This document shows positions 13,780 through 26,045 of a stretch of 64,000 bases of DNA, piece after piece. The stretch lies in contig OZ024740.1 of assembly GCA_964016885.1 (NCBI GenBank), positions 107,694,001-107,758,000 on the forward strand, written 5' to 3'. The position numbers were made by a program, and so were the translations under genes. The first letter of the stretch is position 1. Every line of letters starts with the position of its first letter. The stretch is from Eledone cirrhosa. Its lineage: Eukaryota. The notes under the pieces were generated by a model. It was not told the origin of the DNA, made no database searches, and was given only the letters and a program-made list of their open reading frames with translations.

Positions 13780-14200
13780 GAAGTTGTATTTAATTTGTTG
13801 GAATATATATATATATAAACATATATATATATACACACACACACAAAATATATTAAATTTAAGCCCAAATCTCATTTTGGCAGGGATACAAGTCAAACTG
13901 GCTAAAAAAAGTCAATTTTAACTTATACTAGACCACCCGTGACCCGTTGGGTCATGTTCACTTTAGAATATTTTTTTAAAAATCGTGTTCACTTAAAAAT
14001 AATTTTTAAATAATAAAAATATACAGACATGTATATAATGTGAAATGAAACTGGAAGGCCTATATATATACGTGAGTGTATGTATATATATATGTGTGTG
14101 TGTAAACATACATATATATGTATGTGTGTGTATATATATATGTGGATGTCTGTGATCTACATGCACTGGTCATAAACACACACATGTATATATATATATT

Positions 14201-14231
<31 letters not shown>

Positions 14232-14232
<1 letters not shown>

Positions 14233-16305
14233 GAGTCCCCCGTTCCATTATCTGGTGGGCTCTTAGAAAACTAGGTGTCGATGAATGGCTTGTGAGAGCT
14301 ATACAAGCCATGTATAAAGAAACAGTCAGCAAGGTTAGAATTAACAACGAATATAGTGAAGAGTTTAGTGTAAAAGTTGGTGTTCATCAGGGCTCTGTTC
14401 TTAGCCCCCTACTATTTATTATTGCCCTCCAGGCTATAACGGTGGAGTTCAAGACCGGCTGCCCATGGGAACTCCTATACGCAAATGATCTAACGCTCAT
14501 AGCTGAATCAATGGCCGAGCTAGAGAAGAAATTCCAAACTTGGAAGCACGGGCTAGAATCAAAAGGCCTTAAAATTAACCTGGCTAAGACTAAAGTTCTA
14601 GTTTGTAAGAAAGAAAATAAGGCGGCGGTCCCCTCCGGGAAGTGGCCATGCGCAGAGTGTAGGAAAGGCGTAGGTAGAAATTCCATTTTGTGTCCCAAAT
14701 ACAAAGTTTGGGTTCATAAAAGATGTAGTGGGATCACAGGTAAGCTAACTAAGAACATAGATTTTACATGTGGCCGGTGTTCTGGGGCAATAAGTAGCAG
14801 CAAGTGCCCAAAAAATACTAGCTCTTTCAACTGCGCAGAGGGTTCTATAGAAATAGTGGACAGCTTCCGTTACCTGGGTGACAAAATCAGCAGTGGGGGA
14901 GGGTGCTCTGAAAGTACAGTAGCTAGAGTCAGAACTGGGTGGAAAAAGTTCAGAGAGCTTATACCACTATTAGCCGCTAAAGGGTTCTCCCTAAAAATGA
15001 AAGGCAGGTTGTACGATGCCTGCATACGAACAGCAATGTTGCATGGCAATGAGACCTGGGCATTGTGTGCAGAGGATATACGCAGACTAGAGAGAAACGA
15101 AGCTTGCATGCTCCGCTGGATGTGTAATAGTAATATACATCATCATCATCAACGTTTAACGTCCGTGTTCCACGCTTGCATGGGTTTGGACGGGGGTAGT
15201 CCCACTTGAGGCAAGAGTGATTGTCTTGCTCGCATAGGACTGTCTGGCAGGTTTTCTACAGTTGGATGCCCTTCCTAACACCAACCACATTTACAGTGTA
15301 GGTCTGGGAGGTTTTTACCGTGTTGCCTACACGGCCACATTACAGCGTGGACTGTGTGTTTTTTTGTCGTGACACCTACACGATCTCATTTGTTTCGGCC
15401 TCGATGGCGCGGCACCAACATAACTTTACATAGAACGGGGTGGTGAGGATGGGGTGGGGGTGGTGGTGGTGGGACGGGGTGTATTTTGTTAGAGATGCCT
15501 ACTGGCTGGAGTAGGTTTTACTATATATTTAGGTAAGGCGGGTCTTCTCTGTTACTGAGTACCGCCAAAGGTCTCGGTCCAGTGACATTGTCTTGGAGAG
15601 GTGTAAGTGTGTGATGTCGGAGTTTATCAGCTCGTCCCAGTGAACGACAAAGCATAAACGAACTAAGGAAAAAATTAAAAATAAGAGGGATCAGATGTTG
15701 TTTACTAGAGAGAAGGCTACGTTGGTATGGTCACGTGATGCGCATGAAGGACGATAGCTGTATAACAAAGTGCAGGGCAATAAAGATAGACGGTAGCCAC
15801 GGAATAGGCAGACCCAGAAAAACCTGGGACGAGCTGATAAACTCCGACCTCACACAGTTACACCTCACCAAGACAATGTCACTGGACCGAGACCTTTGGC
15901 GGTACTCAGTAATAGAGAAGACCCGCCTTACCTAAATACAAAGTAAAACCTACTACAGTCAGTAGGCATCTCTAACAAAATACACCCCCGTCACACCACC
16001 CCCACCCCATCCACACCGCCCCCTCTATGTAAAGTTATGTTGGTGCCACACCATCCAGGCCGAAACAAATGAGATCGTGTAGGTGTCATGACAAAAAAAA
16101 CACACAGTCCACGCTGTAATGTGGCCGTGTAGGCAACACGGTAAAAACCTCCCAGCCCCACACTGTAAATGTGGTTGGTGTTAGGAAGGGCATCCAACTG
16201 TAGAAAACCTGCCAGACAGTCCTATGCGAGCAAGACAATCACTCTTGCCTCAAGTGGGAAAACCCCCGTCCAAACCCATGCAAGCGTGGAACACGGACGT
16301 TAAAC

Positions 16306-16337
<32 letters not shown>
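14232..16337 (+). mobile_element. RTE family 1 LINE, 5'-truncated and interrupted
   Basis: RT motifs QGSVLSP, YAND (mutated YADD) and FRYLG; ORF broken at 15138 and resumes at 15640; (GAT)n tail; (TA)n on both flanks. Confidence 0.95.
15139..15639 (-). mobile_element. Antisense 3'-terminal piece of RTE family 1 nested in the same family
   Basis: Reverse complement of the family 3' end, from WDEL to the (GAT)n tail. Confidence 0.9.
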
Positions 16338-16338
<1 letters not shown>

Positions 16339-16660
16339 ATATATATATATACACACACAACAGCACCACCAGCTCTCTTCCATTTTCATTCTCTGTCTCT
16401 CTTTCAATCTACTCTCTCAGAACCACTATCTCTTTCTCTCTATCTTTTTCTCTCTTTGTTTACTTTGTTTATGAGGGCACCAGGAAAAACCCCATATGTC
16501 GGGATCCCGCGGTCCGATTTACACAAAATTTGTTTTGTTCCATTTGTGTTCCCATTTCAGGGTCAACTTTCTTTCAAAGTATTTTCCCATTATGCACCCT
16601 TTTGGCTGTATTACATTACAGATAAGCAAGCAAGCAATCAATCACAGACTTTTAGTATTA

Positions 16661-17060
16661 TAAAAAATGTATACACCATTCTAATATATATATTGCCTGT
16701 ACAGGTAATCAAAGTGTGTATACATTTTTCGGGGACACCATATATATATATACTGGGGTCCCTAAAAATGTATACACCATTCTAATATATATATTGCCTG
16801 TACAGGTAATCAAAGTGTGTATACATTTTTCGGGGACACCATATATATATATATATATATACCAGGGTCCCTAAAAATGTATACACCATTCTAATATATA
16901 TATTGCCTGTACAGGTAATCAAAGTGTGTATACATTTTTCGGGGACACTATATATATATACTAATACCGGGGTCCCTAAAAATGTATACACCATCCTTAC
17001 AAATAATGCATGTATAGGCAATCAAAGTGGGTATACATTTGTGTGGGGACAACCTGTATA
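16661..17060. repeat. Tandem array of four ~95-bp Tc1/mariner-like mini-MITEs
   Basis: Each unit has TIRs ggggtccctaaaaatgtatacac / gtgtatacatttttcggggacacc; units are separated by (TA)n; the first unit lacks part of its left TIR. Confidence 0.7.
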
Positions 17061-17537
17061 TACACAAATATGAACATATATATATAGAGAAAGTGTGTGC
17101 AAGCAAGCAAACAAGCAACCAACCAAGATCAGAGTTTTAGTAGTATATAGATAATGCCCCAACCATGGTTTCTGAAACTCAAGATACAGCACCTGGAATT
17201 CCAAGACATTGGAATAACCAATACTGGAAGAATTGAAGTTTCTTCACCGGGAGGTGAATTTTCATAAAAATAAGGGGACAAGTTGAACATTTATCATACA
17301 TACCATATCATATGGTATGTATGATAAATTTTCAACTTAGCCAATTTGACTTGACTTTATCCCCATCTCCCTTGCCAAAATGGGATTTGGGCTTAAGATT
17401 AATATATTTTAATACTTCTCTGAGTGGATAATTAGTTTATTAATGTATTAATATACCTTGTCCTTTCATTGAGATGCTTACATATTAAAGATAGTTTAAT
17501 TTATAGAGTTGTAAATTAGAAAGATATTTGTATAAGT

Positions 17538-17907
17538 ATAAATGAGATCGTGTAGGTGTCACGACAAAAAAACACACAGTCCACGCTGTAATGTGGCCGT
17601 GTAGGCAACATGGTAAAAACCTCCCAGCCCCACACTGTAAATGTGGTTGGTGTTAGGAAGGGCATCCAGCTGTAGAAAACCCGCCAGACAGTCCACGCTG
17701 TAATGTGACCGTGTAGGCAACACGGTAAAAACCTCCCAGCCCCACACTGTAAATGTGGTTGGTGTTAGGAAGGGCATCCAGCTGTAGAAAACCCGCCAGA
17801 CAGTCCTATGCGAGCAAGACAATCACTCTTGCCTCAAGTGGGAAAACCCCCGTCCAAACCCATGCAAGTGTGGAACACGGACGTTAAACGTTGATGATGA
17901 TGATGAT
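17538..17907 (+). mobile_element. RTE family 1 3'UTR with an internal tandem duplication of about 110 bp
   Basis: Near-identical to 23263-23518, with the block cagtccacgctg...gccaga repeated. Confidence 0.9.
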
Positions 17908-18124
17908 ATGTGTGTTTGTATATGAGTATATATGCATATGTAGAATGATCTGTATATATGTGTATATGTATATATATATATGAAATAAACTGTATTAGAG
18001 ACAGTTATCTTTATAGAGTTATAAATTAACAATGACTGTTTCTTCGTTGTTTGACTGATTTAGACGGTTTAGGGCTGCTATTTCTAGCGTCGATATAAGC
18101 CTGTCATATTGTCCTGCTACACTG

Positions 18125-18805
18125 AGAATGGGAGATTATTATGGGAGAGTGGTAGGTTACTATGGGAGAGTGGGAGATTACTATGGTAGAGTGACATGAC
18201 AGGAGAGTGGTAGATTATTATGGGAGAGTTACATAACAGGAGAGTGGTAGATGACTATGGTAGATTATTATGGGAGAGTTACATAACAGGAGAGTGGTAG
18301 ATTACTATGGGAGAGTAACATGACAGGAGAGTGGGAGATTACTATGGTAGAGTGACATGACAGGAGAGTAGTAGATTATTATGGGAGAGTGACATAATAG
18401 GAGAGTGGTAGGTTATTATGGGAGAGTGACATGACAGGAGAGTGGTAGATTATTATGGGAGAGTGACATCAGGAGAGTGGTAGATAACTATGGGAGAGTT
18501 ACATAATAGGAGAGTGGTAGATAACTATGGGAGAGTAACATGACAGGAGAGTGACATAATAGGAGAATGGTAGATTATTATGGGAGAGTGACATATCAGG
18601 AGAGTGGTAGATTACTATGGGAGAGTGACATAACAGGAGAATGGTAGATTACTATGGGAGAGTGACATAACAGGAGAATGGTAGATTATTATGGGAGAGT
18701 GACATATCAGGAGAGTGGTAGATTATTATGGGAGAGTGACATAACAGGAGAATGGTAGATTATTATGGGAGAGTGACATAACAGGAGAATGGTAGATTAT
18801 TATGA
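18125..18805. repeat. 37-bp minisatellite (gggagagtgacataacaggagaatggtagattattat)
   Basis: Roughly 18 tandem copies with no unique spacers. Confidence 0.95.
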
Positions 18806-19254
18806 CAGAATTGTGACAGATCCCTATAGGATTGTTTTTAGATAGTCTAAAGCCAATAACTATCTTCTCAGGGCTGATAGATGCAATTTTAAAAAAGAAA
18901 TTTTTTACAAAGCAATTTTTGGCCACAGATCCAAACTAAGATATCCCCCAAAAAGCTAGCAATGTTGAAGGTGCAGAGTGTAGATGTCTGATGTTGGGTG
19001 TTGTTTCTTAAAACTGGAGTTCTACAGAGAGAGATTTTTCTTTAAGATAAGTAACATTTGTAGCTTCCTATTATTACACATAACGAATGCCTGCCTTTAA
19101 TCCAAATAGAGTTATTTACATAAATAACCACCACCCAGTCTATTTTGTGTTTTTTATAATGGGAATACCAAAGAAACATAGCACACATTGTTAAGTCAAG
19201 ATAAATACTTCAGTAATACAAAAACATTTGTAGAATGTTTATAATTTAAGATAA

Positions 19255-19440
19255 CAGAATATCAGAATAAGAGAATGTTGGAATGGTAAAAGACAGAGGC
19301 AGAATATCAAACAAAGAGAATGTTGGAATGGTAAGTCAGTGGCAGAATATCAGACTAAGAGAATAGTAGATTGGTAAAAGCAGTAGCAGAATATCAGATA
19401 AGGAGAATATCAAAGTAGTATGAGGAAAGCAGAATATTAA
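19255..19440. repeat. About 40-bp degenerate tandem repeat (cagaatatca...gagaatgttggaatggtaa)
   Basis: 4-5 imperfect copies. Confidence 0.75.
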
Positions 19441-19499
19441 AAGGGTGATTACTCATTAAAAAATAATTATTTACACATTATGATTAATATATAATTTAA

Positions 19500-19718
19500 T
19501 CCTTTAGCATTTAAACTGGTCATATCCAACCAGAATTCTCTCACCTCTTTCTGTTCGAACTGGCTGTAACCAGCTGCTCATACTGATGTTAAGGTATTGT
19601 TCTCAAAACATATATTATCAAAATCGTAAATTTGATATTATGTAAGATAATTATGTGAGATAAAGTATTTACCAGGAAAATACAATAGTAAATATAGAGT
19701 AATGTAAATGCTAAAGGG
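19500..19718 (+). mobile_element. TTAA-type (piggyBac-like) MITE family A
   Basis: TIR (c)cctttagcattta / taaatgctaaaggg, flanked by TTAA. Confidence 0.85.
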
Positions 19719-20025
19719 TTAATAGTGCTGCAAATTGGCAGAATTGTTAGTGTTGGATTAGTGTAGTATTTTCTGTCATCAGAAAAGCAGTGATATCTCT
19801 TCCAGGAATTGCAAGAGTATCAGCAATGGAAAGATCAATTTAGAAATAGTTTCCTCGATCCAATCTGAGGATCAACTCATTTTTTAAATTATATAATTTA
19901 ATACCAGATTGTCACAAATGCTCTCCGTCCATGCCAACTCCGTAAATTTGTGATGATAACAATTGCTGGATTAGGTAATGAAAGCTTTTCAGGGTGAAAA
20001 TATGTCATGATACACCCTAGGTTAA

Positions 20026-20242
20026 CCCTTTAGCATTTACAGTACTCTATATTTACTATTGTATTTTCATTATAAACTCTTTATCTCACATAATTATCTC
20101 ACGTAAAATCGAATCTATGAGATTTTGATATTATTTTGAGAACAATACCTTAACATAAATATGAGCAGCCACTTATGGCCGGTTTGAACAAAAAAAGGTT
20201 AGAGAATTCTGGCCGTAAATGGCCGGTTTAAATGCTAAAGGG
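20026..20242 (-). mobile_element. TTAA-type MITE family A, opposite orientation
   Basis: ttaa|ccctttagcattta...taaatgctaaaggg|ttaa. Confidence 0.9.
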
Positions 20243-20642
20243 TTAAATTTGATCAATACAATGTTTATTGATTTCATTCATATTTAACTCCTTTCCACTA
20301 CCACCTCCTTACTATTTCTTATTTATTACATCAATTGATTTCATTGTTAGTTTTAATACGCCTGCAATATTGGCAAAACTTCAAAGTAAACAGTTACTAT
20401 TAATAACAAATATTATATACACATATATTTACATATAATGTACACACACACACACATATGTGTGTGTGTGTGTGTGTACATTATATATAATTGTTTCTAC
20501 TTTTGGCACAAGGCCAGCAATTACCCAGTACATTACTGGTACTTTATTTTATCGACCCCATAAGGATGAAAGGCAAAGTTAACCTCGGCGCGATTTGAAC
20601 TCTATATAATATTTGTTATTAATAGTAACTGTGGACTGGGTG

Positions 20643-20709
<67 letters not shown>

Positions 20710-21441
20710 TATATATCTGTATATATATATAAATCTGAAAATTTCTGTATGTATGTGTATATGTGTGTCGACATTTTTTAATGAGGTCTCATATATTCTA
20801 AACCATTCATGCGATTTCTTTGAAATTTTTTACAGATCTTCTCCTTGCACAAAACCTGTACATGATCTACAAAGGCTTTCAAAAAACGATATTGGTGCCT
20901 TTGGAGACATTAAAAAATTTTCGGTTATTTGTGTGAATTTTCGTGATTAAGTAAAACAAGAGTTATCTTTCGTAATTCGGCTCATTCGGATTTTAATTTA
21001 CTCTTTCTACTTGAAACAAAGAGAATAACGATATCATTTTGTATATTTCACAACCAGCAATTTCTAACAGATTACTAAGTTAAGTTATAGATTTGACATT
21101 GTATAATTTATCGTTTCAAGCTTGATGTTCATATTAACTGATCTCATAACTTTTACAATATTATGCTTAAATTTATCTAAAGGACTTAGAATTATTCTAT
21201 TTTTTGCGCATTGATTAGACTACGTTTCTGACACATAATTTAATTATTAACTTACATACCCTGTACATTTCCAACGTTCTACCGCTACATGTACTTCAAA
21301 TACATTTTACAATTAATCTTTATTTTTACATTCGATTGTGTTATATCGTGTTTCTTCTATGTATTCAAATTTACTTTGTTTAGTTTAATGAGCTACATCG
21401 AAAGCTACTTGAACCATCCAAAGGACAGGTAGTTTAGCTAG

Positions 21442-21521
<80 letters not shown>

Positions 21522-21747
21522 CATGTATATAAAGCACCCACTCCACAATGTAAATGTAGTTGGCATTAGGAAGAGTATCCAGCCATGGAAACCAAGCCAG
21601 AAAGGATTCTGTATGAGCAAGGCATAGTCTCCTGATTGAACTTGTGTAACGATGGAACAACCTGATTGAACTTGTGTCACAATGGAACAACTCATCTAAA
21701 TCCATGCTAGCATGGAAAAATGGACGTTAAATGGTGATGATGATGAT

Positions 21748-23518
21748 AAAAAGTTATAGCGCAACTAATCAGAGAGAGAATTGATCTAGATGAAATGCAG
21801 TTCGATTTTGTGGCAGGCAAAAGTACCACAGACGCTCTTTTCATTGTACGACAACTACAGGAGAAGTACCTAGCTAAAAGTAAACCCCTATACTTAGCTT
21901 TTGTTGACTTGGAGAAAGCCTTCGACAGAGTCCCCCGTTCCATTATCTGGTGGGCTCTTAGAAAACTAGGTGTTGACGAATGGCTTGTGAGAGCTATACA
22001 AGCCATGTATAAAGAAACAGTCAGCAAGGTTAGAATTAACAATGAATATAGTGAAGAGTTTAGTGTAAAAGTTGGTGTTCATCAGGGCTCTGTTCTTAGC
22101 CCCCTACTATTTATTATTGCCCTTCAGGCTATAACAGTGGAGTTCAAGACCGGCTGCCCATGGGAACTCCTATACGCAGATGATCTAACGCTCATAGCTG
22201 AATCAATGGCCGAGCTAGAGAAGAAATTCCAAACATGGAAGCACGGCCTAGAATCAAAAGGCCTTAAAATTAACCTGGCTAAGACTAAAGTTCTAGTTTG
22301 TAGGAAAGAAAATAAGGCGACGGTCCCTTCCAGGAAATGGCGATGCTCAGTGTGTAGGAAAGGCGTAGGTAGAAACTCCATTTTATGTCCCAAATGCAAA
22401 GTATGGGTGCATAAAAGATGTAGTGGGATCACAGGTAAGCTAACTAAGAACATAGATTTTACATGTGGCCGGTGCTCTGGTGCAATAAGTAGCAGCAAGT
22501 GCCCACAAAATACTAGCTCTTTCAATTGCGCAGAGGGTTCTATAGAAATAGTGGACAGCTTCCGTTACCGGGGTGACAAAATCAGCAGTGGGGAAGGGTG
22601 CTCTGAAAGTACAGTAGCTAGAGTCAGAACTGGATGGAAAAAGTTCAGAGAGCTTATACCACTATTAGCCACTAAAGGGTTCTCCCTAAAAATGAAAGGC
22701 AGGTTGTATGATGCCTGCATACGAACAGCAATGTTGCATGGCAGTGAGACCTGGGCATTGTGTGCAGAGGATATATGCAGACTAGAGAGGAACGTAGCTT
22801 GCATGCTCCGCTGGATGTGTAATAGTAACATACGTGAACGGCAAAGCATAAACGAACTAAGGAAAAAATTAGAAATAAGAGGGATCAGATGTTGTTTACT
22901 CGAGAGAAGGCTACATTGGTATGGTCACGTGATGCGCATGAAAGACGACAGCTGTATAACAAAGTGCAGGGCAATAAAGATAGACGGTAGCTACGGAGTA
23001 GGCAGACCCAGAAAAACCTGGGACGAGCTGATAAATTCCGACTTCACACACTTACACCTCTCCAAGACAATGTCACTGGACCGAGACCTTTGGCGGTACT
23101 CAGTAATAGAGAAGACCCGCCTTACCTAAATACAAAGTAAAACCTACTACAGTCAGTAGGCATCTCTAACAAAATTACCCCCCCGTCACACCACCCCCAC
23201 CCCATCCACACCGCCCCTTTCAATGTAAAGTTATGTTGGTGCCACAACATCCAGGCCGAAACAAATGAGATCGTGTAGGTGTCACGACAAAAAAACACAC
23301 AGTCCATGCTGTAATGTGGCCGTGTAGGCAACACGGTAAAAACCTCCCAGCCCCACACTGTAAATGTGGTTGGTGTTAGGAAGGGCATCCAACTGTAGAA
23401 AACCTGCCAGACAGTCCTATGCGAGCAAGACAATCACTCTTGCCTCAAGTGGGAAAACCCCCGTCCAAACCCATGCAAGCGTGGAACACGGACGTTAAAC
23501 GATGATGATGATGATGAT
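21748..23518 (+). mobile_element. RTE family 1 LINE, 5'-truncated
   Basis: Uninterrupted RT-to-C-terminus ORF, 3'UTR and (GAT)n tail; begins immediately after an older (GAT)n-tailed element. Confidence 0.95.
21795..23129 (+). CDS. Non-LTR reverse transcriptase (RTE), N-terminally truncated, with PHD-like insert
   Basis: FVDLEKAFDRV, QGSVLSP, YADD, C4HC3 cluster, LHWYGHV, GRPRKTW. Confidence 0.85.
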   Translation: MQFDFVAGKSTTDALFIVRQLQEKYLAKSKPLYLAFVDLEKAFDRVPRSIIWWALRKLGVDEWLVRAIQAMYKETVSKVRINNEYSEEFSVKVGVHQGSVLSPLLFIIALQAITVEFKTGCPWELLYADDLTLIAESMAELEKKFQTWKHGLESKGLKINLAKTKVLVCRKENKATVPSRKWRCSVCRKGVGRNSILCPKCKVWVHKRCSGITGKLTKNIDFTCGRCSGAISSSKCPQNTSSFNCAEGSIEIVDSFRYRGDKISSGEGCSESTVARVRTGWKKFRELIPLLATKGFSLKMKGRLYDACIRTAMLHGSETWALCAEDICRLERNVACMLRWMCNSNIRERQSINELRKKLEIRGIRCCLLERRLHWYGHVMRMKDDSCITKCRAIKIDGSYGVGRPRKTWDELINSDFTHLHLSKTMSLDRDLWRYSVIEKTRLT

Positions 23519-23815
23519 GTATGAGCATGACACGGTCACCTGACCTGACATTGCTCACAACAGGGTAAATCGTCTAATCCATGCCAGCATGGAAAACTGG
23601 ACATTAAATGATGGTGGTGATGATGCCCGATGATATATATGTGTGTACATTTTATATTGATAAAGTTTCACTTTAAAATGTTTTTATTGAATATTGACCA
23701 TTTTGATTGCCTCAAGGTCTAAATCAATGTGATAAACCTGCCTCCTATAGTATCAATCTATTCATCAGATGCATTGGTTCAACTAAAAACACGGATAAAC
23801 ACAAATATATACATA

Positions 23816-23983
23816 CCATATTTCCTGATGCCAAAGATGCTTCGTCCTCGAAGACGCACCCTAATTTTGACAACCAAAAATTTGAAAAAAAAAAATAAAC
23901 AACATTCGGCCTCCAAGACGCATGGTAGATTTTTGAGACTTATTTTAGAAAAAAAGTAGCGCCTACGATGCTGGGAAATACAG
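23816..23983. mobile_element. Tc2/pogo-like MITE
   Basis: ta|ccatatttcctgatgccaaagatgc ... gcgcctacgatgctgggaaatacag|ta; imperfect TIRs with TA flanks. Confidence 0.55.
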
Positions 23984-25129
23984 TAAGTGTGTAAAAGAGA
24001 AGATTGTGGTGGTATGGAAGATCATTGAGTGAAGAAGTGCCAAGAGATACCAATGGAAGGAAACTACAGTAGATGAAGACCAAGGAAAATATGGGTAGAA
24101 ATGGTGAGGGTTAATTTCAAAATGCTGAACTTCATAGAGAGATGAAGGGATGTAGCAAGGGGAGGGAGGCATGGAAAAACAGTGATAAAATGATGACGAT
24201 GTCGATGATGATAAGTGTGTGTATGTATATGGAGGGAAGCATGGAAACCAGCGGTAAAATAATGATGTCGATGTTGATGCTGATGATGGTGGTGTGTGCG
24301 TGTATACAGAGTTAATATACTGCCATTACAAGCATGTACTGGGAATATGATAAGTTATGGGATAAAACACAAAAATGTCTTTTACTGTTTTACATCCATT
24401 TTCTTCATTCTAGCATTAGTAGGATTGTCTTTGACAATGTGGACATTTGTATGTTTTGGGATAACAAATGTTTGTACAGCTGGTTAATTTTCTACTGCAA
24501 ACCACTCAACTGTGATGTAGACAAACCAACAAGGGAGCCTCAAGGTCAGGGATGGGGAAACTTTTTCAATCTGAAGAACTACTTTTAGCTTAACAAAAAA
24601 GACTTTTGGAGCCACTTTATGATTTATTATAAATACAAATATATATATAAGAAAACATGAATGTAACTAGCTCTTTTCTTAGTCAATGGGACTTTTAGCT
24701 TTCAATTGTCTAGGTTTTAAGCCATTGCTTTTAATTTAACCCTTTTATTACTATATTTCTAATGAAATACTTTGTAGTTTAATTAATTAATGAAGAATTT
24801 GAAAAGGATTTACTAAAATCATATTTTCATTAAAATAGTATTTGCAATATAACAAAATGTTCTCATAAATTTATGTTGGTAGGTTTTAATTTAAGCAGGA
24901 ACCCTTTAAAATAGTTTAATTTCATAAAACTGGAGGAGGTTTTGGGTGGGTTGGTATTAAAAGAGTTAATACAAGACTTCCATCACTGATTTCAAAGGTA
25001 TTTTTACGAAAGGTTTTTTTACATAAAAGTATGATGAAAGGTATTTATTTAAATGTGAACACTTTGCAAACCATCTGAAACCACCCCTAGTTCTATGACA
25101 CAAACCAGTTTTAACTAAAAACCTTCTAC

Positions 25130-26045
25130 TTTTTCTTCATCCCCATATTCCTGGGAAGATTGTGGTGGCAGAGTTTTCAAACACTCCTTCCAGCAGATCC
25201 TGTCTCTAATTGATCCGGTTGGATCTCCAAGAAAGACAAAATGAGCTCATGGATGTCATCCAACCATCTTGTACCCCTGGGTCTCCTGCTGGTTATTTTT
25301 GCCTGTAAAATCTGTCCTGTGATTCTTTTCTGAAACATTCTAACTACATGTCTGTAGTATTGGAGCTGTGATCTCTCAATTTGAAGAAGTAGCAGCTCTA
25401 CCTGGAGTAACTGTCTGATCTCAAAGCTATGCAATGTATCAAGTAACATTATTCCTATTTCAGAATAACCCCATTTTGGAGACTTGTATTCGCGATCGTA
25501 TTCTTTTGGTCATTACCCAAGATTCATGATCACAGGTAAGGATTGGCATGATAACTGAATTGAAGGTAGCGAGTTAGGCTTTAACACATATCTCTTTCTT
25601 CTGATTACCAAATGCTGAAGCTGACACCAGCTCCTGCAACTCTTGTTCTTAATTCAGTCTCCTGCATTCCATCACTCATGAACATGGCCCATATTTGAAC
25701 TTCTCCACCTGCTTCAGTGGAACTCCACCCACATGTAGAGAACACTGCACAGGCCTCATTGTGAAGATGAGAGTCTCAGTCTTCACAGCACTGATTTTCA
25801 GTCCTGCCATGCAGCACTCACCATCAAACCTATCAAGTACATGTCGGAGATCACCATCTGACAAGTTGAGTAACACCTTATTGTCTGCAAATTCCAGCTG
25901 ACTGATCTTACATCTGCTTTTTATTTTACCACTTCCAACACAGCTGCCCATTTCAACCCAGTCCATGAAGATTATGAACAGGGGAGACAACAGTGCACAC
26001 CATTCAGGAAGTGCAACTCCCACATTGAATGGTTTTGATTTAAAA
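25130..26045 (-). mobile_element. Degraded RTE family 2 (Rex3/Expander-like) LINE
   Basis: LSPLFIIFMD, EFADN, LDRFDGEC..AGLKIS, VEKFKY, RRPRG; frameshifted. Confidence 0.85.

Larger units (their letters stand above)
13928..17151 (-). mobile_element. Probable non-autonomous Helitron hosting later insertions
   Basis: Minus strand starts A|TCTATATACTACTAAAA followed by (GCTT)n-like repeats, and ends in the hairpin tgacccaacgggtca plus CTAG|T. Confidence 0.5.

Noticed and set aside
14118-14231. N-terminus of the 363-aa ORF
   Set aside because: Microsatellite read-through fused to a truncated RT; the C-terminus likewise comes from the antisense insert.
18125-18805. 37-bp array as a CRISPR-like locus (likewise the 39-bp and 83-bp arrays)
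   Set aside because: Contiguous tandem units with no unique spacers, no cas genes, and a eukaryotic context.
21380-21442. Hammerhead-like ttaatga...gaaa with stem III
   Set aside because: Two core mismatches, poor stem II, and stem I out of register.
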